Source: Candidatus Poribacteria bacterium
GTDB taxonomy: Bacteria; Poribacteria; WGA-4E; WGA-3G
Length of the DNA stretch: 64,000 nucleotides
Assembly: GCA_965198235.1 (NCBI GenBank)
Contig: OZ240248.1
Coordinates: forward strand, 608,001-672,000
Reading direction: 5' to 3'
The first letter of the stretch is position 1, and each line of letters begins with the position of its first letter. The position numbers and the translations under genes are program-made. The notes beneath the pieces were generated by a model. The model was not told where the DNA came from and ran no database searches. It was given only the letters and a program-made list of their open reading frames with translations. Shown here in pieces: positions 18,069 to 28,682 of this stretch.

Positions 18069-19646
18069 CTATTCCCACTCAATCGTGCTGGGCGGTTTTG
18101 AACTAATATCGTAGACGACACGGTTGATGCCTTGCACTTCATTGATGATACGGCTGGAGATTCTGGCGAGCACATCGGTCGGTATGCGCGCCCAATCCGC
18201 CGTCATCGCATCACTACTCGTGACCGCTCGGAGTGCGACTGCGTTTTCATACGTCCGTGCGTCGCCCATCACGCCAACGCTTTTGACGGGTAGAAGAACC
18301 GCTAAAGCCTGCCAAATTTCGTCGTACAATCCCGCTTCTTTGATTTCAGAGATAAAGATAGCGTCCGCTGAACGGAGTACCTCTAAACGTTCGTGTGTCA
18401 CCTCACCCAAAATGCGGACGGCGAGTCCCGGTCCCGGAAATGGGTGCCGTCCACGGACATGCGCCGGCACATTCAGTTCTGCACCAACGGCTCGTACCTC
18501 GTCCTTGAAAAGCTCTCTGAAGGGTTCGAGCAGTTCAAACGGCATGTCGGATGGAAGTCCTCCGACATTATGGTGTGTTTTAATCGTAGCCGACGGTCCC
18601 TTCACAGAGACACTCTCTATAACATCGGGATAGAGTGTGCCTTGCGCGAGGAATCGGAAGTTGTGTCCCAATTCTTGCACCGTTGTTTTGAAAGTTTCGA
18701 TGAATTGTGCCCCAATTACCTTTCGCTTCTTTTCTGGATCGGTCACTCCTGCCAACCCATTGAGAAATGGCTCCACTGCGTCAACAGCAACGAGAGGTAT
18801 TCCGAGTTGCTCACAGGTTTTGAGCACTTCAGCGGTTTCGTTCTTCCGGAGGAGACCATTGTCAACAAAAACCGGTACAAGCGCATCTCCGATCGCCTGA
18901 TGTAAGAGCGTCGCCAGCACCATTGAATCGATACCGCCACTAACAGCACACAAGACGCGTTCATCTCCGACCTGTTCCCGTATTTGTGCTGTGGCGCGGG
19001 CGATGAAGGCACGCATTGTCCACGCGTTACGACATCCACAGATGCTACGCGTGAAGTTCGCCAAAATCCGGTCGGCATCCTCGGTATGTTCAACCTCAGG
19101 ATGGAATTGTAATCCGTAAAACGCGCGTGCGGAATCCACCATAGCGGCGATGGGGGCGTTCTGTGTTTGTGCGATTGCTTGGAATCCAACGGGTGGTGCC
19201 TCGATACGATCGCCGTGGCTCATCCAAGCAGAAAATCGTGAGGAAAGTCCTGCGAAAAGTGGGTCAGCTGCGTCAAGCACTTGGAGGGGCGCGTGCCCGT
19301 ATTCTCGTTGCATCGCTGGATGGACTTTTCCACCTGCTAACAGTGCCGCCATGAGTTGCATACCGTAACAGATACCTAATATCGGTGTTTCCAACTCGAA
19401 GAGTTTCGGATCGATTTTTGGGGCATTAGTCTCGTAGACGCTTGCAGGTCCACCGCTGAGAATAATCCCTTTGGGTGCAATGGCTTCTATCTGCGAAAGG
19501 GATAACGTGTACGGATAAATTTCGCAGTAGACATTTTGCTCACGGATGCGTCGGGCAATAAGCTGCGTGTACTGTGAGCCGAAATCCAAAATGAGGATAG
19601 TCTCTTGCTGTGTGGATGCTGTGTTTGTGTTGTTGGTGTTAGTCAT
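18069..19646 (-). CDS. guaA: GMP synthase (glutamine-hydrolysing)
   Basis: [54 protein letters not shown]. Confidence 0.97.
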   Translation of the reverse strand: MTNTNNTNTASTQQETILILDFGSQYTQLIARRIREQNVYCEIYPYTLSLSQIEAIAPKGIILSGGPASVYETNAPKIDPKLFELETPILGICYGMQLMAALLAGGKVHPAMQREYGHAPLQVLDAADPLFAGLSSRFSAWMSHGDRIEAPPVGFQAIAQTQNAPIAAMVDSARAFYGLQFHPEVEHTEDADRILANFTRSICGCRNAWTMRAFIARATAQIREQVGDERVLCAVSGGIDSMVLATLLHQAIGDALVPVFVDNGLLRKNETAEVLKTCEQLGIPLVAVDAVEPFLNGLAGVTDPEKKRKVIGAQFIETFKTTVQELGHNFRFLAQGTLYPDVIESVSVKGPSATIKTHHNVGGLPSDMPFELLEPFRELFKDEVRAVGAELNVPAHVRGRHPFPGPGLAVRILGEVTHERLEVLRSADAIFISEIKEAGLYDEIWQALAVLLPVKSVGVMGDARTYENAVALRAVTSSDAMTADWARIPTDVLARISSRIINEVQGINRVVYDISSKPPSTIEWE

Positions 19647-19682
19647 ATCTTCGATGGCTCAGGTGCTTGTGGTTTTATGGAC

Positions 19683-19777
19683 TATAGTGAATTATAAAAA
19701 TAAGTAGACACTTCCTGGCAGATGCGGTTTCAAACCACACCTACCGCGGTGCCCAAATAATTATAGGCTTTAGCATA
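19683..19777 (+). repeat. Possible MITE-like element with imperfect 29-bp TIRs enclosing a REP-like hairpin
   Basis: TATAGTGAATT...GACAC left end and imperfect inverted right end; a related end occurs at 52103-52131. Confidence 0.4.
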
Positions 19778-19793
19778 AATAACCACTGCTTCT

Positions 19794-20081
19794 CTAACCG
19801 TACGGTACGGTTTCGCAATCGATAATGTCACCCGTCAGCGGCTCGAAAATCGCGCCGTATGCTCCAGGGGGTGCGAAATCGACATCGCTTGACATAGCCA
19901 AACCGGTGTTTGCGTCCTCTAAGTAGTAGCATCCACGGTGCGGATGTCCCGGTGTATTGATGGACCGCAGATGGTAACAGTGGTTGTGGAACTGAATCGT
20001 ATTCCCGTAAATGATGATATATCTATCTCCAAACAAACCCATTGCGATCTGATTGACGAGATAAGGGTCTTTGTGTTGCAC
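19794..20081 (-). CDS. Small hypothetical protein (His/Cys-containing)
   Basis: 95-aa ORF directly downstream of the OmpA-domain gene on the same strand. Confidence 0.5.
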   Translation of the reverse strand: MQHKDPYLVNQIAMGLFGDRYIIIYGNTIQFHNHCYHLRSINTPGHPHRGCYYLEDANTGLAMSSDVDFAPPGAYGAIFEPLTGDIIDCETVPYG

Positions 20082-20087
20082 AAGTTC

Positions 20088-21731
20088 TCAGTTCGTCTTG
20101 ATAATTATATCAATCCTGCGGTTTTGTTCCTCTTTGTTCACCCCATCTTCGACGATAGGTTGGGTTTCTCCCAAACCTACAGCGGTGAGGCGTTCTGGAG
20201 CAACACGCTCCTCAACGAGGGACCTCTTGATTGAGTCTGCACGCCCCATACTCACATTTCGATTGACGCTCGCATTTCCCAAGGCACTTGTGTGTACCTC
20301 AATTCGGACGGGATAGCTACTAAAACCCTCCCTACGTAAGACCCTTGCGAGCTGCTCGAATGTCTCAGAAAATTCTTTTTGGAGTTGCGTGCTACCGTGG
20401 GCAAACGCGTTGCCTCTGATACGGATGAGTACACCATCTCTCTGCTCTATAACGGTGGCTTTAGGAATTTGTCTTGCTGCCTTCAGTAAATCTGACTTCG
20501 CCGACGTTATCCGTTGCGTGTTTGCAATGGCGCGCTCCAAATAATCGCTGCCCTCCGCGGAAGCTTTGATAGCCGTCTCATATTCCTTGTTTGCTAATGT
20601 GGTTTTTGCCTTTGCGTAAGCCGTATTGGCAAGCTCATAGAGTCGTGCTTCTAACTGCGGGACCCGTGTGTTTGCTTGTGCTGCGAGTTTTCTTTTTAGG
20701 GTGTCAACCGCTCGTTGCGCTTCCGCCGCACGCCGATCTAACTCCTTCTGTGCGCGTTGTCTAAATTCCGCCGCTTCTGCGATTATGACTGTCTCGTCGG
20801 CGGTTTGTTGTGCTTGCTGCGCAAATTGTTGTGCTTGCTCGTAGCGATTAGTGGCTAATTGCTGTTTCGCGCGCCTCAATTGTCCAGTTGCCTCTTGGAG
20901 CTGCTGCTGCGCGTGTTGACTGGCATTGAGGTATTGCGCACGCTGGATGATTACTTCTGCCTTCGCAATAGAGACTCGCGCGTTCGTCCGTGCTTCCGCC
21001 TCCACCTTCTGGTTTTCCTGCGCCAATTGGTAAAGGTTGTCGCCCAATTTCTGGGCATCCGAGATAGCATTCTCTGCTTCGACGAACGCCTCCTGCTCAA
21101 TGAGGCTGGCTATTGAAGCGATTGATGCTTGGGCGCGCTCATAGTCTGCAGTTGTTTCGATCGCTGGATAAGTATATTTTGAAATATTAACGAGCGATTC
21201 CACATTTGTGAGTGACAGGCGGAGTTCCGTTTGACGTAGCGATGTTTTTAAATGCGTGATTTTCGTTGAAAGTTGTTCTGTCTGCTGTTGTCCTCTGTCG
21301 CGGGAACTCAACGCACGGGCGAGCTGCTCCTCAAGGATTGCCGCACGGATACGCGCGATTTCGAGTTCGTGCTCGTGTGCCTTTATAATTTGTTGGTATA
21401 TCTGTTCTCGGATGGCAACGGCATTTTGCCGAGCGTGATGCTGCCGCGCTTTTGCGCCGGCGATCTGTGCGACTAACTCTGCCTGATACGCAAATTCAGC
21501 ACTTTGGGGAATGTCGCCTTTTTCTTGCGAGTTCCGAGCGAAATTCAGAAGTTTCACTGCACGCCCGAATTCCTCTGGCACCACAGGTTCAGCATCCAAT
21601 GCAGCTGCATTATTGATCGCCTGCTGCGCGTCTTGGAGTTGTGTCGCGAGCATAACTTCATCGATCTCCGGTGCGATGCATCCGGATGCGATAAGGCATG
21701 TAGCTAAAAGTAGCAATCCGTAATATTTCAT
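20088..21731 (-). CDS. Lipoprotein with DUF4398-like helical repeats and a C-terminal OmpA/MotB peptidoglycan-binding domain
   Basis: Lipobox IASG-C after start MKYYG (21731); C-terminal HT...N..VS.GRA, GLGETQP, NRRIDI. Confidence 0.8.
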   Translation of the reverse strand: MKYYGLLLLATCLIASGCIAPEIDEVMLATQLQDAQQAINNAAALDAEPVVPEEFGRAVKLLNFARNSQEKGDIPQSAEFAYQAELVAQIAGAKARQHHARQNAVAIREQIYQQIIKAHEHELEIARIRAAILEEQLARALSSRDRGQQQTEQLSTKITHLKTSLRQTELRLSLTNVESLVNISKYTYPAIETTADYERAQASIASIASLIEQEAFVEAENAISDAQKLGDNLYQLAQENQKVEAEARTNARVSIAKAEVIIQRAQYLNASQHAQQQLQEATGQLRRAKQQLATNRYEQAQQFAQQAQQTADETVIIAEAAEFRQRAQKELDRRAAEAQRAVDTLKRKLAAQANTRVPQLEARLYELANTAYAKAKTTLANKEYETAIKASAEGSDYLERAIANTQRITSAKSDLLKAARQIPKATVIEQRDGVLIRIRGNAFAHGSTQLQKEFSETFEQLARVLRREGFSSYPVRIEVHTSALGNASVNRNVSMGRADSIKRSLVEERVAPERLTAVGLGETQPIVEDGVNKEEQNRRIDIIIKTN

Positions 21732-21813
21732 CGGTTTCCCTCGTGTCGCGCAAACCTGGGATTCCCGGTTGCATATCCATTCAGTCGTTCTGCAGTTATA
21801 GCACTTGATTTCC

Positions 21814-22218
21814 TTAGAATTTCTGTAACGCCTCAAGTTCAACTTTCATAGCCTCAAGCCTTTGGCGCACTTCGTCAACGTTCTGCTCGGTGAGTGTGAG
21901 CTGCGCTTGTGCCTCTTGAACGTTTGCTTCCTCGCGAATCGCGATGGCGATCTCAGTTGCGATTCGCGCGTGAAGATACGCGCGTAGTGCGAGTCGATAT
22001 GCCTGCTCTACATCACCAGCATTCATTGCGTTTTCAGCCGTGACAAGCATCTCTTGAGCGGTGCGTAACGGGGTACCGGCAGTCTCCTGTGCCCCCATAG
22101 CGTTGGCGGAGGTGAGTGCTACCTGAGCGTTTTCCATCGTTTCCACGGCGAGTTGCTGTAACTGTCCGCCACACCCAAGTAAAGCAGTTAGCGCGATGAG
22201 CCAAACTATCCATTTCAT
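21814..22218 (-). CDS. DUF4398-like lipoprotein
   Basis: Lipobox LLG-C, Ala-rich helical body; typical partner of the OmpA-domain gene. Confidence 0.7.
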   Translation of the reverse strand: MKWIVWLIALTALLGCGGQLQQLAVETMENAQVALTSANAMGAQETAGTPLRTAQEMLVTAENAMNAGDVEQAYRLALRAYLHARIATEIAIAIREEANVQEAQAQLTLTEQNVDEVRQRLEAMKVELEALQKF

Positions 22219-22318
22219 TGTTAATTGTTTCCTGTCTGTTTTGCGAAGGCACTATTTTATTAAGTTATTGGGTTTCCGAAGCGAGTTAAAAAACGAATGA
22301 GTGGGTAGTTCTTGGATT

Positions 22319-22370
22319 AAAAAAACCTCGCTTGGGTGATGCGCGCTGCAGCACCCTAAGGCGAGGCTTC
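22319..22370 (-). terminator. Intrinsic terminator downstream of rpmA
   Basis: Minus strand CCTCGCCTTAGGGTG...CACCCAAGCGAGG followed by a T-run. Confidence 0.65.
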
Positions 22371-22400
22371 TGGTCGTTGATTCCTGAGACGGTATACCCG

Positions 22401-22667
22401 CTAAAATTCAGGACGCTCTGTATAGACACTCACCTTCCGGCGATATTTGTCTTTTCGCTCAAACCATACATATCCATCAATTTTCGAGAAGAGCGTATAG
22501 TCCTTTCCGACCCCAACGTTGTTTCCGGGATGGATGTGCGTTCCACGCTGTCGGGTGAGAATGCTCCCTGCGGTGACATAATTTCCGGAAAATCTTTTGA
22601 CACCGAGTCGTTTTCCGATACTGTCGCGTCCGTTCCGAGTGCTTCCGCCGCCTTTCTTATGAGCCAT
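22401..22667 (-). CDS. rpmA: 50S ribosomal protein L27
   Basis: [23 protein letters not shown]. Confidence 0.97.
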   Translation of the reverse strand: MAHKKGGGSTRNGRDSIGKRLGVKRFSGNYVTAGSILTRQRGTHIHPGNNVGVGKDYTLFSKIDGYVWFERKDKYRRKVSVYTERPEF

Positions 22668-22995
22668 CAGATTGTTCCTCCACCGCGCCAATCGCGGTAA
22701 TTTTCACGCGTGTAAATGATTGACGGTGCCCCAACTTGCGTTTGTAACCTTTACGGCGTTTCGATTTGAACACAACCATCTTTTTTCCGCGTGCCTGTTG
22801 GACCACTTCGGCTGTAACTGAAGTATCGTCAAGATAGGGCGAGCCGGCTTGTAACTGACCATCATCGCCAGCGACAGCCAGAACGGATGAGAATGTGACG
22901 CTAGCACCGACCTCTGCATCGAGTTTTTCAACATCGATCAGGTTTCCGACCTCTACCCGATGCTGTTTCCCCCCGCTCGCAAAGACTGCATACAT
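22657..22995 (-). CDS. rplU: 50S ribosomal protein L21
   Basis: [21 protein letters not shown]....GHRQ. Confidence 0.96.
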   Translation of the reverse strand: MYAVFASGGKQHRVEVGNLIDVEKLDAEVGASVTFSSVLAVAGDDGQLQAGSPYLDDTSVTAEVVQQARGKKMVVFKSKRRKGYKRKLGHRQSFTRVKITAIGAVEEQSDGS

Positions 22996-23104
22996 TTTTA
23001 TATATCACTCCTTTCTGATTAAATTATACCCTAAAAACGCGTCGATGTCAATTCAGATTTGCAATTCGTTACAGGTCCCACCTTAGCAGGTACCTTCCAT
23101 TACG

Positions 23105-24685
23105 TTAATCGAGAAACAATTCTTCACCTTTTCCGACGAAGATTCGGTAATCTTCGAGGTGCAAGTCGGCATCAGGTTCCAGAATGAGATCTAATTTTAA
23201 TGACTTCTTAAGTTCTCGCAATTTATTCGACATCTGCGACTTTATATGCGAGACGACATAGTCATTAGCGATAACACGTAATTGGGACTGGCGGGTTTGT
23301 TTATGCGCCATCTTTATCGCACGTAGCAACTGAATGACGACGGTTTCGACGGATAGAATAGTGCCATGTCCGTCGCAGTAGGGACACTCCTCCATCAATA
23401 GGGTAGAGAGGCTTGGACGGGTGCGTTGGCGTGTCATCTCGACGAGTCCTAAATCTGAAAAATGAAGGATATTTGTGCGGGCACGGTCCTTCCGGAGTGC
23501 TTCCTGTAGCATTTTAAAGACCCGTTTCCGATGCGAAGCCTCTTCCATATCAATAAAATCAACGACGATAATCCCACCCAAATCTCGTAATTGAATTTGG
23601 CGGACGACCTCCTCGACAGCCTCAAGGTTAGCACTGAGAATAGTGTTATCTGGATCAGATTTTCCAACGAATCGACCGGTGTTGACATCAATCGAGACCA
23701 TGGCTTCAGTCTGTTGGATGATAATATGTCCTCCACACTTGAGCCAAATTTTCTCACTGAGTGCCTCCTTGAGTGCGCGTTCAACACCGTAAGCCTCAAA
23801 GAGCATTGGGTCCTCCCGATAGAGCGAAACCCGAGCTTGCAGATTGGGCATGACGGAGGAAACGTATTCCATTGTCTCCTGGTACCCTGGGTCTGAATCG
23901 ATAAGCAGTTGCTTGACCTCCTTCGTGAGCATATCCCGGACGATCCTGTTGGTAAAACTGAGGTCTTTACTAACGAGACTGGGGGCAGATTTTCTGTCTG
24001 CGCGTGTGCATATCTGTTTCCATTGATCGATAAGGTATCGGATTTCGGCTGCGAACTCGGTTTCGTTCAATCCTTCAGCGGCAGTACGGATGATAAATCC
24101 ACCTTCAACATCGGCTTTCACTGCCTTTGCCATGTTACGGAGTCTGTCCCTTTCAGTGGCAGACTCAATGCGTCGTGATACGCCGATATTCGAGGAATTG
24201 GGCATGTAGACGACATAACGTCCGGGGAGTGTGATGTTACTGGTAACCCGCGCCCCCTTTGTTCCGATAGGCTCCTTGCCGACTTGAACGAGGAGTTCCT
24301 GTTTCTTTGAAATGAGGTCACTTATGAGAAATGGGAACCCGCGTCCACCGCGTGTTTGTTTGGATTGCTTTTTCTTCAGATCCAATATTGCGGTGTTTTT
24401 GTTGGATTTTCGGTCTCCGTTCTGCTTCCCATTTGCGTCCTCATCTTCGTCAGCATGCTCATATTTGAGATCGGAAATATGTAGGAAGGCATGCCGTTCC
24501 AATCCGATGTCAACGAATGCTACCTGCATTCCGGGTAGTACGTTCTCAACGCGTCCTTTGTAGAGATTCCCCAATGTTTGCGTCGCTGCTTTCCGTTCAA
24601 TGTAAATTTCATTCAGCACCCCCTGCTCAAGTACCGCACAGCGTGTTTCATACTCATCATCAGAAATAAGTATTTCCTTTTCCAT
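23105..24685 (-). CDS. rng: Ribonuclease E/G family
   Basis: GNLYKGRV..VLPGMQ.AFVDIG, KEPIGTKGAR, IDVNTG, LRDLGGIIVVDFIDM; adjacent to rplU-rpmA. Confidence 0.9.
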   Translation of the reverse strand: MEKEILISDDEYETRCAVLEQGVLNEIYIERKAATQTLGNLYKGRVENVLPGMQVAFVDIGLERHAFLHISDLKYEHADEDEDANGKQNGDRKSNKNTAILDLKKKQSKQTRGGRGFPFLISDLISKKQELLVQVGKEPIGTKGARVTSNITLPGRYVVYMPNSSNIGVSRRIESATERDRLRNMAKAVKADVEGGFIIRTAAEGLNETEFAAEIRYLIDQWKQICTRADRKSAPSLVSKDLSFTNRIVRDMLTKEVKQLLIDSDPGYQETMEYVSSVMPNLQARVSLYREDPMLFEAYGVERALKEALSEKIWLKCGGHIIIQQTEAMVSIDVNTGRFVGKSDPDNTILSANLEAVEEVVRQIQLRDLGGIIVVDFIDMEEASHRKRVFKMLQEALRKDRARTNILHFSDLGLVEMTRQRTRPSLSTLLMEECPYCDGHGTILSVETVVIQLLRAIKMAHKQTRQSQLRVIANDYVVSHIKSQMSNKLRELKKSLKLDLILEPDADLHLEDYRIFVGKGEELFLD

Positions 24686-24689
24686 TAAA

Positions 24690-25092
24690 TATTCAAGAAA
24701 CCTGAGCCCCTATCTTTAGGTAGGAGCGGAAGGTTTCCCCCTCCTTTTTGTTTTTATAGCATATATTTATTGATTGATGCTATAATATTCTTAGAGAAGT
24801 TCGATCACACAGCAGTTGTGTATAAGGTTGTCCGCAGGTCGCAGAACGTCTATATCTTGCGGAGCGTAAAACTGAAAAAGGTATACTCTTTCACCACCAA
24901 TAGACCCTCTTGAGTGTAATGGATGCGAGGAAGTAAAACACCCGATCCGAAAAACGCACTCTCAAACTAAAATAGTCGCTATATGTGAGAGGGCTGCTTG
25001 CGCTCCCTTTGTGGAGTAGATGTAAGACCTTCCGCGGAAGGCTAACTATGATGAAGCACAAGCTCCACCCTTCAGGGTGTGGGTGCCTTGAC
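24690..25092 (+). mobile_element. Non-autonomous, ORF-less IS200/IS605 derivative retaining an omegaRNA-like right end (element C)
   Basis: Left hairpin CCCCTATC-TTTA-GGTAGGAG; GTGGAG..GTAAGACC..GATGAAGCA scaffold; CAAG plus hairpin CCACCC-TTCA-GGGTGTGG ending in TGAC. The left boundary is approximate. Confidence 0.7.
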
Positions 25093-25184
25093 TATTACCT
25101 TCTATCGTACCTTTTTTCAAATCGAGAGTAGAACTCGCTTCTACAGAAGAACTATCTATCTCATCTCGGCTTGCCAGCTGCGTC

Positions 25185-26753
25185 TTACAGCCGCGGTGTC
25201 AACGTTACGACAGGCGTTATGAGTTCACCCATCGAGATACCGCCGTGCTGGAACCCTCCTTGAAACTGCCGTTTATACTTATAAAAATCGTTCGGATAGA
25301 CGAAATAATAATCGTCTTTCGCGAGAATGTAGTCCTTGCTTGCGTTTTCCGCCGGTAGTCGGTATTCCTTTGGGTTTCGGAGATATACCGCTTCGCCTTC
25401 TTCGCATCCTAAGTTAGAGCCGATTTTAAACCGGAGGCTGGTGGTAGTCTCACGATTACCGTAAGCGCGGGTTGCTCGGTTACAGAAGACAGAGCCATGA
25501 TCGCTGGTGAGGACTACAGTTGCGTTTTGTGCTGCAATAATGCGTAAAATATCGAAAAGTACCGAATGCGAGAACCATGAGCGCGCCAGAGCCCGAAAAG
25601 CGGATTCATCAGGGGCAAGCTGCTGTAGAACATCGGATTGCGAGCGCTGATGGGTCAAGATGTCAATGAAATTGATAACCAGTGCTGAGAGACTCACGCG
25701 CGTGTTCGCTGCGACCCGTTTTTTGTAGGTGTTGCCACCTCGGGCATCAAAAATCTTGAAGTATTGGATTCCGGGCTTCAGTTTGATACCCCTGCGCTTC
25801 AGATGTGCTTCGAGGAACTGGCGTTCGTACCGATTTGTACTTGTGTCCCCATCAGATTCTTCCTGCCAGTACTGTGGATAGCGTTCGGCAATCTCTAGTG
25901 GGAACAAGCCGCTGAAGAGGGCATTTCGTGCATACATTGTCGCACTCGGTAGGATTGAAAAACTATATTGACGGTCGATAGAGAAATAAGGGTACAAGAG
26001 TGATTCCACTGCCAACCAATGGTCTAAGCGGAAGCAGTCAACCACAATAAAATAAACAGATTTTCCGGCTTGAAGTTGAGGGATAACATGCCCGTCGAGA
26101 ACGTTGACCGATAACGGTGGTGCGTCTGCGCTACCTGCGACCCAATCAGGATAATGCGTTGCGACAAAGTCAGAGAATTCGGCATTGCACTCTTTCTTCT
26201 GTGCAAGATGTGTTTCCTCTAACCCACCCTCGGCTAACTTTTCAGATACCAGATCCCATTGTAATAATTTCACATAGATATTGACCCAGTCTTGCCAACT
26301 CGGCGACGAGTCCTTCATCGCGCGGATAGCGTTGAAATCTGTCGTGTACCGACTCGGAATTTGATTTATGACTATCTGCGGCTGATCGAGGACGCGCTTT
26401 AGCGTTGAGACGATCTGGGCTACACCGATCGGTTTCACCAAGAAATCGGTTACCTGCTTGCCAAGAGCGACCTCAACAAATTGTTCATCGCTGGATTGAG
26501 TGACGAGGATGACTGGGATTTGTGCATTGATGGTACGGATTGCATCGAGCGTTGCCATTCCATCTTTACCGGGCATCACCTGGTCAAGTAGGATAGCACT
26601 GTACTGTGTATCACCGCGCGTTAAAAGCGCGATGCCGTCTTCACCATTTGTCGCGGGTGTGACGGCATAACCTCGGTCGCGCAGCACAAGAATATGCGGT
26701 TGCAACGCTTCTATTTCATCATCAATCCATAAGATTTGGTGTGTTTGCGACAT
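25185..26753 (-). CDS. PorX-like response regulator (REC + PglZ/alkaline-phosphatase-superfamily domain)
   Basis: ILWIDDE, LLDQVMPG, D.L.KP receiver; VVDCFR.D, SILPSAT.YARNALFSG, TSDHGS, FQHGGIS PglZ motifs. Confidence 0.88.
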   Translation of the reverse strand: MSQTHQILWIDDEIEALQPHILVLRDRGYAVTPATNGEDGIALLTRGDTQYSAILLDQVMPGKDGMATLDAIRTINAQIPVILVTQSSDEQFVEVALGKQVTDFLVKPIGVAQIVSTLKRVLDQPQIVINQIPSRYTTDFNAIRAMKDSSPSWQDWVNIYVKLLQWDLVSEKLAEGGLEETHLAQKKECNAEFSDFVATHYPDWVAGSADAPPLSVNVLDGHVIPQLQAGKSVYFIVVDCFRLDHWLAVESLLYPYFSIDRQYSFSILPSATMYARNALFSGLFPLEIAERYPQYWQEESDGDTSTNRYERQFLEAHLKRRGIKLKPGIQYFKIFDARGGNTYKKRVAANTRVSLSALVINFIDILTHQRSQSDVLQQLAPDESAFRALARSWFSHSVLFDILRIIAAQNATVVLTSDHGSVFCNRATRAYGNRETTTSLRFKIGSNLGCEEGEAVYLRNPKEYRLPAENASKDYILAKDDYYFVYPNDFYKYKRQFQGGFQHGGISMGELITPVVTLTPRL

Positions 26754-26881
26754 ACGTAAGTTTTCAAAATCTGCTCAGGTGCGGTATCGTGCCCAATTAA
26801 CGCGAGTGAAAGTTTTCTCCTCAGCGGAAGCAGGAAAAATGCACAGGTAATTATTTTGCCTACAACGACTGTTAATGTGGG

Positions 26882-28390
26882 CTACACGACTGGCAGCCGA
26901 ATTTCAAAAGTTGTTCCGTCAGGACTCGTTTTAATCATGCGGATGCTTCCGCGATGGTACTCACCGATGATCCGATGTACGACAGTCAATCCGAGTCCCC
27001 ATCCGTGTGCCTTGGTAGACATCCCCGGTTCAAAGATCTTTCGCTGATTTTCGCGGGCGATCCCGCTTCCATTGTCCGCATACTGGATAACAACATCGCT
27101 GCGTCGTTTGTCATACGTTGGTTCAATCTGGACCCATCCGTCCGCTTTGTCCATGGCATCCAACGAATTACGAATTAAGTTTTCAAACACCCAGTGCAGT
27201 AATTGCGCGTTTGCGAGTATAGGCGGTGTTTTATGCAGTCTCAATCGGATTTCAACGCGTCGACTAATATGCGGCAGCCGTTTTTCAAAATATGCTCGGA
27301 CTTCTTCAAATACTTCATCCATATTTACTTCGGTAAGAGGTGGCTGCGTGCCAATCATACCGAAGCGCGCCGTTGTTTTCTGCAAACGCTCCAGATCGTT
27401 TCTCATACTTTCGGAGAGTTCAGCGAGTGCTACATCATTTTTCTCTTTACTCCGTTCATGCAGAAGTTCTGTCCATGCCAACAGCGACGAGATAGGTGTT
27501 CCGAGTTGATGCGCGGTCTCTTTGGCTAAGCCTCCCCAGATTGCCGAGTGTTCATAAGACTTTATCCGTTGATAGACGAGGAAACAGACAGTTCCAAATG
27601 CGAATAGGACTACCGGTGCTATGAGCGGCACGACCAATCCATAGTATGGTTTACTTTCATAATAGAAGTAGCCCTTGTGCCATTCGGGTGTTGTTTCAAT
27701 CACAGAGGATGCCGGTGCGTTCTGAATGAAAATTTTCGCTCGTTCCTGTTCCTCCGCAGTTGCCTGATCCGCAGTAATAACATCGCCCCATATCTGCCAT
27801 TTCTGAGGTGTGCCAGTGGTATCGGTTATCACAAAAGGCAGATGCGCCATTTCACTGGGTGCGGCATCGCCATAGTAAGTATACCCCTTTAACTGCCTGT
27901 CTTCAAGGAGCATGTGTATTTCACGAGGCAGATGTTTTTTTTTCATGCGCGCCAATGTTGACTGTAGTAAAGCGCGCTCACTTTGTGTTAACGAAATTTC
28001 CTCATTTTGGTTGACCTTGATATCCAAACTGTCGATCTTTGCGTCTAATTGTTGGTCAACTCCTCGTGTAATCCAGACGTTTTCCTGTGCATCCGTGATG
28101 ATAAACGAGAAGGTGCGCGATCTGTCTTCAGCGAATGACTTTTTGACGATCGCAATTAACTTCTGTTGTAACCCTCGGTTTTCAACGCCGGGGATTTCCG
28201 CTGCGAGATCAGCGAAAAGGTCTATCTGGGCTTCTATATCGGCATTCAGCCGAGAAATCTGTTGGGCATAATGAAAGAACCCAAATATTAGTGCTCCCAA
28301 TCCGACGATGAAGTAAACGAGTATTAAACGGGTGGTCGTATACCCAGGGATAATTCGACGATTCAACCGCAACTTCGTATTCCTCCGCAC
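26882..28390 (-). CDS. Membrane sensor histidine kinase
   Basis: Two TMs, AKETAHQLGTP H-box, ENLIRNSLDA, DNGSGI, GWGLGL. Confidence 0.9.
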   Translation of the reverse strand: MRRNTKLRLNRRIIPGYTTTRLILVYFIVGLGALIFGFFHYAQQISRLNADIEAQIDLFADLAAEIPGVENRGLQQKLIAIVKKSFAEDRSRTFSFIITDAQENVWITRGVDQQLDAKIDSLDIKVNQNEEISLTQSERALLQSTLARMKKKHLPREIHMLLEDRQLKGYTYYGDAAPSEMAHLPFVITDTTGTPQKWQIWGDVITADQATAEEQERAKIFIQNAPASSVIETTPEWHKGYFYYESKPYYGLVVPLIAPVVLFAFGTVCFLVYQRIKSYEHSAIWGGLAKETAHQLGTPISSLLAWTELLHERSKEKNDVALAELSESMRNDLERLQKTTARFGMIGTQPPLTEVNMDEVFEEVRAYFEKRLPHISRRVEIRLRLHKTPPILANAQLLHWVFENLIRNSLDAMDKADGWVQIEPTYDKRRSDVVIQYADNGSGIARENQRKIFEPGMSTKAHGWGLGLTVVHRIIGEYHRGSIRMIKTSPDGTTFEIRLPVV

Positions 28391-28682
28391 AAATCGGATG
28401 CAACATGTTTGCCTATTGATTGTCTACGTGTTAATTAATGGTATCACTTTTAAAAGGAAATTGCAAGTCTATTTTGATTCAAGCGTGTTTTGTGCCGATT
28501 TTTCTGGCGAGCCTGTTCTTTTTTGGAGAAAGTGAAGTTTACAGAAAAGCGAAAACTGAATATCCTCAATCAAACCACATATCGCTTGATTTTTTCGGAT
28601 AAATCGGGTAAAATGGAAGTATGTTCTGTAATATGAGTCGCTTCTACAGTGAAATGGAAACGCAAATTAGAAATGGAAACAT

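Noticed and set aside
22668-22691. N-terminal extension of L27 (Prp-cleaved type)
   Set aside because: The extension overlaps the rplU coding end, there is no prp gene between rplU and rpmA, and an ATG with an upstream GGAGGA fits the standard MAHKK start.
25185-26753. BREX defence system (PglZ)
   Set aside because: The PglZ domain is fused to a receiver domain (PorX type) and no brxC, pglX or brxL genes are nearby.
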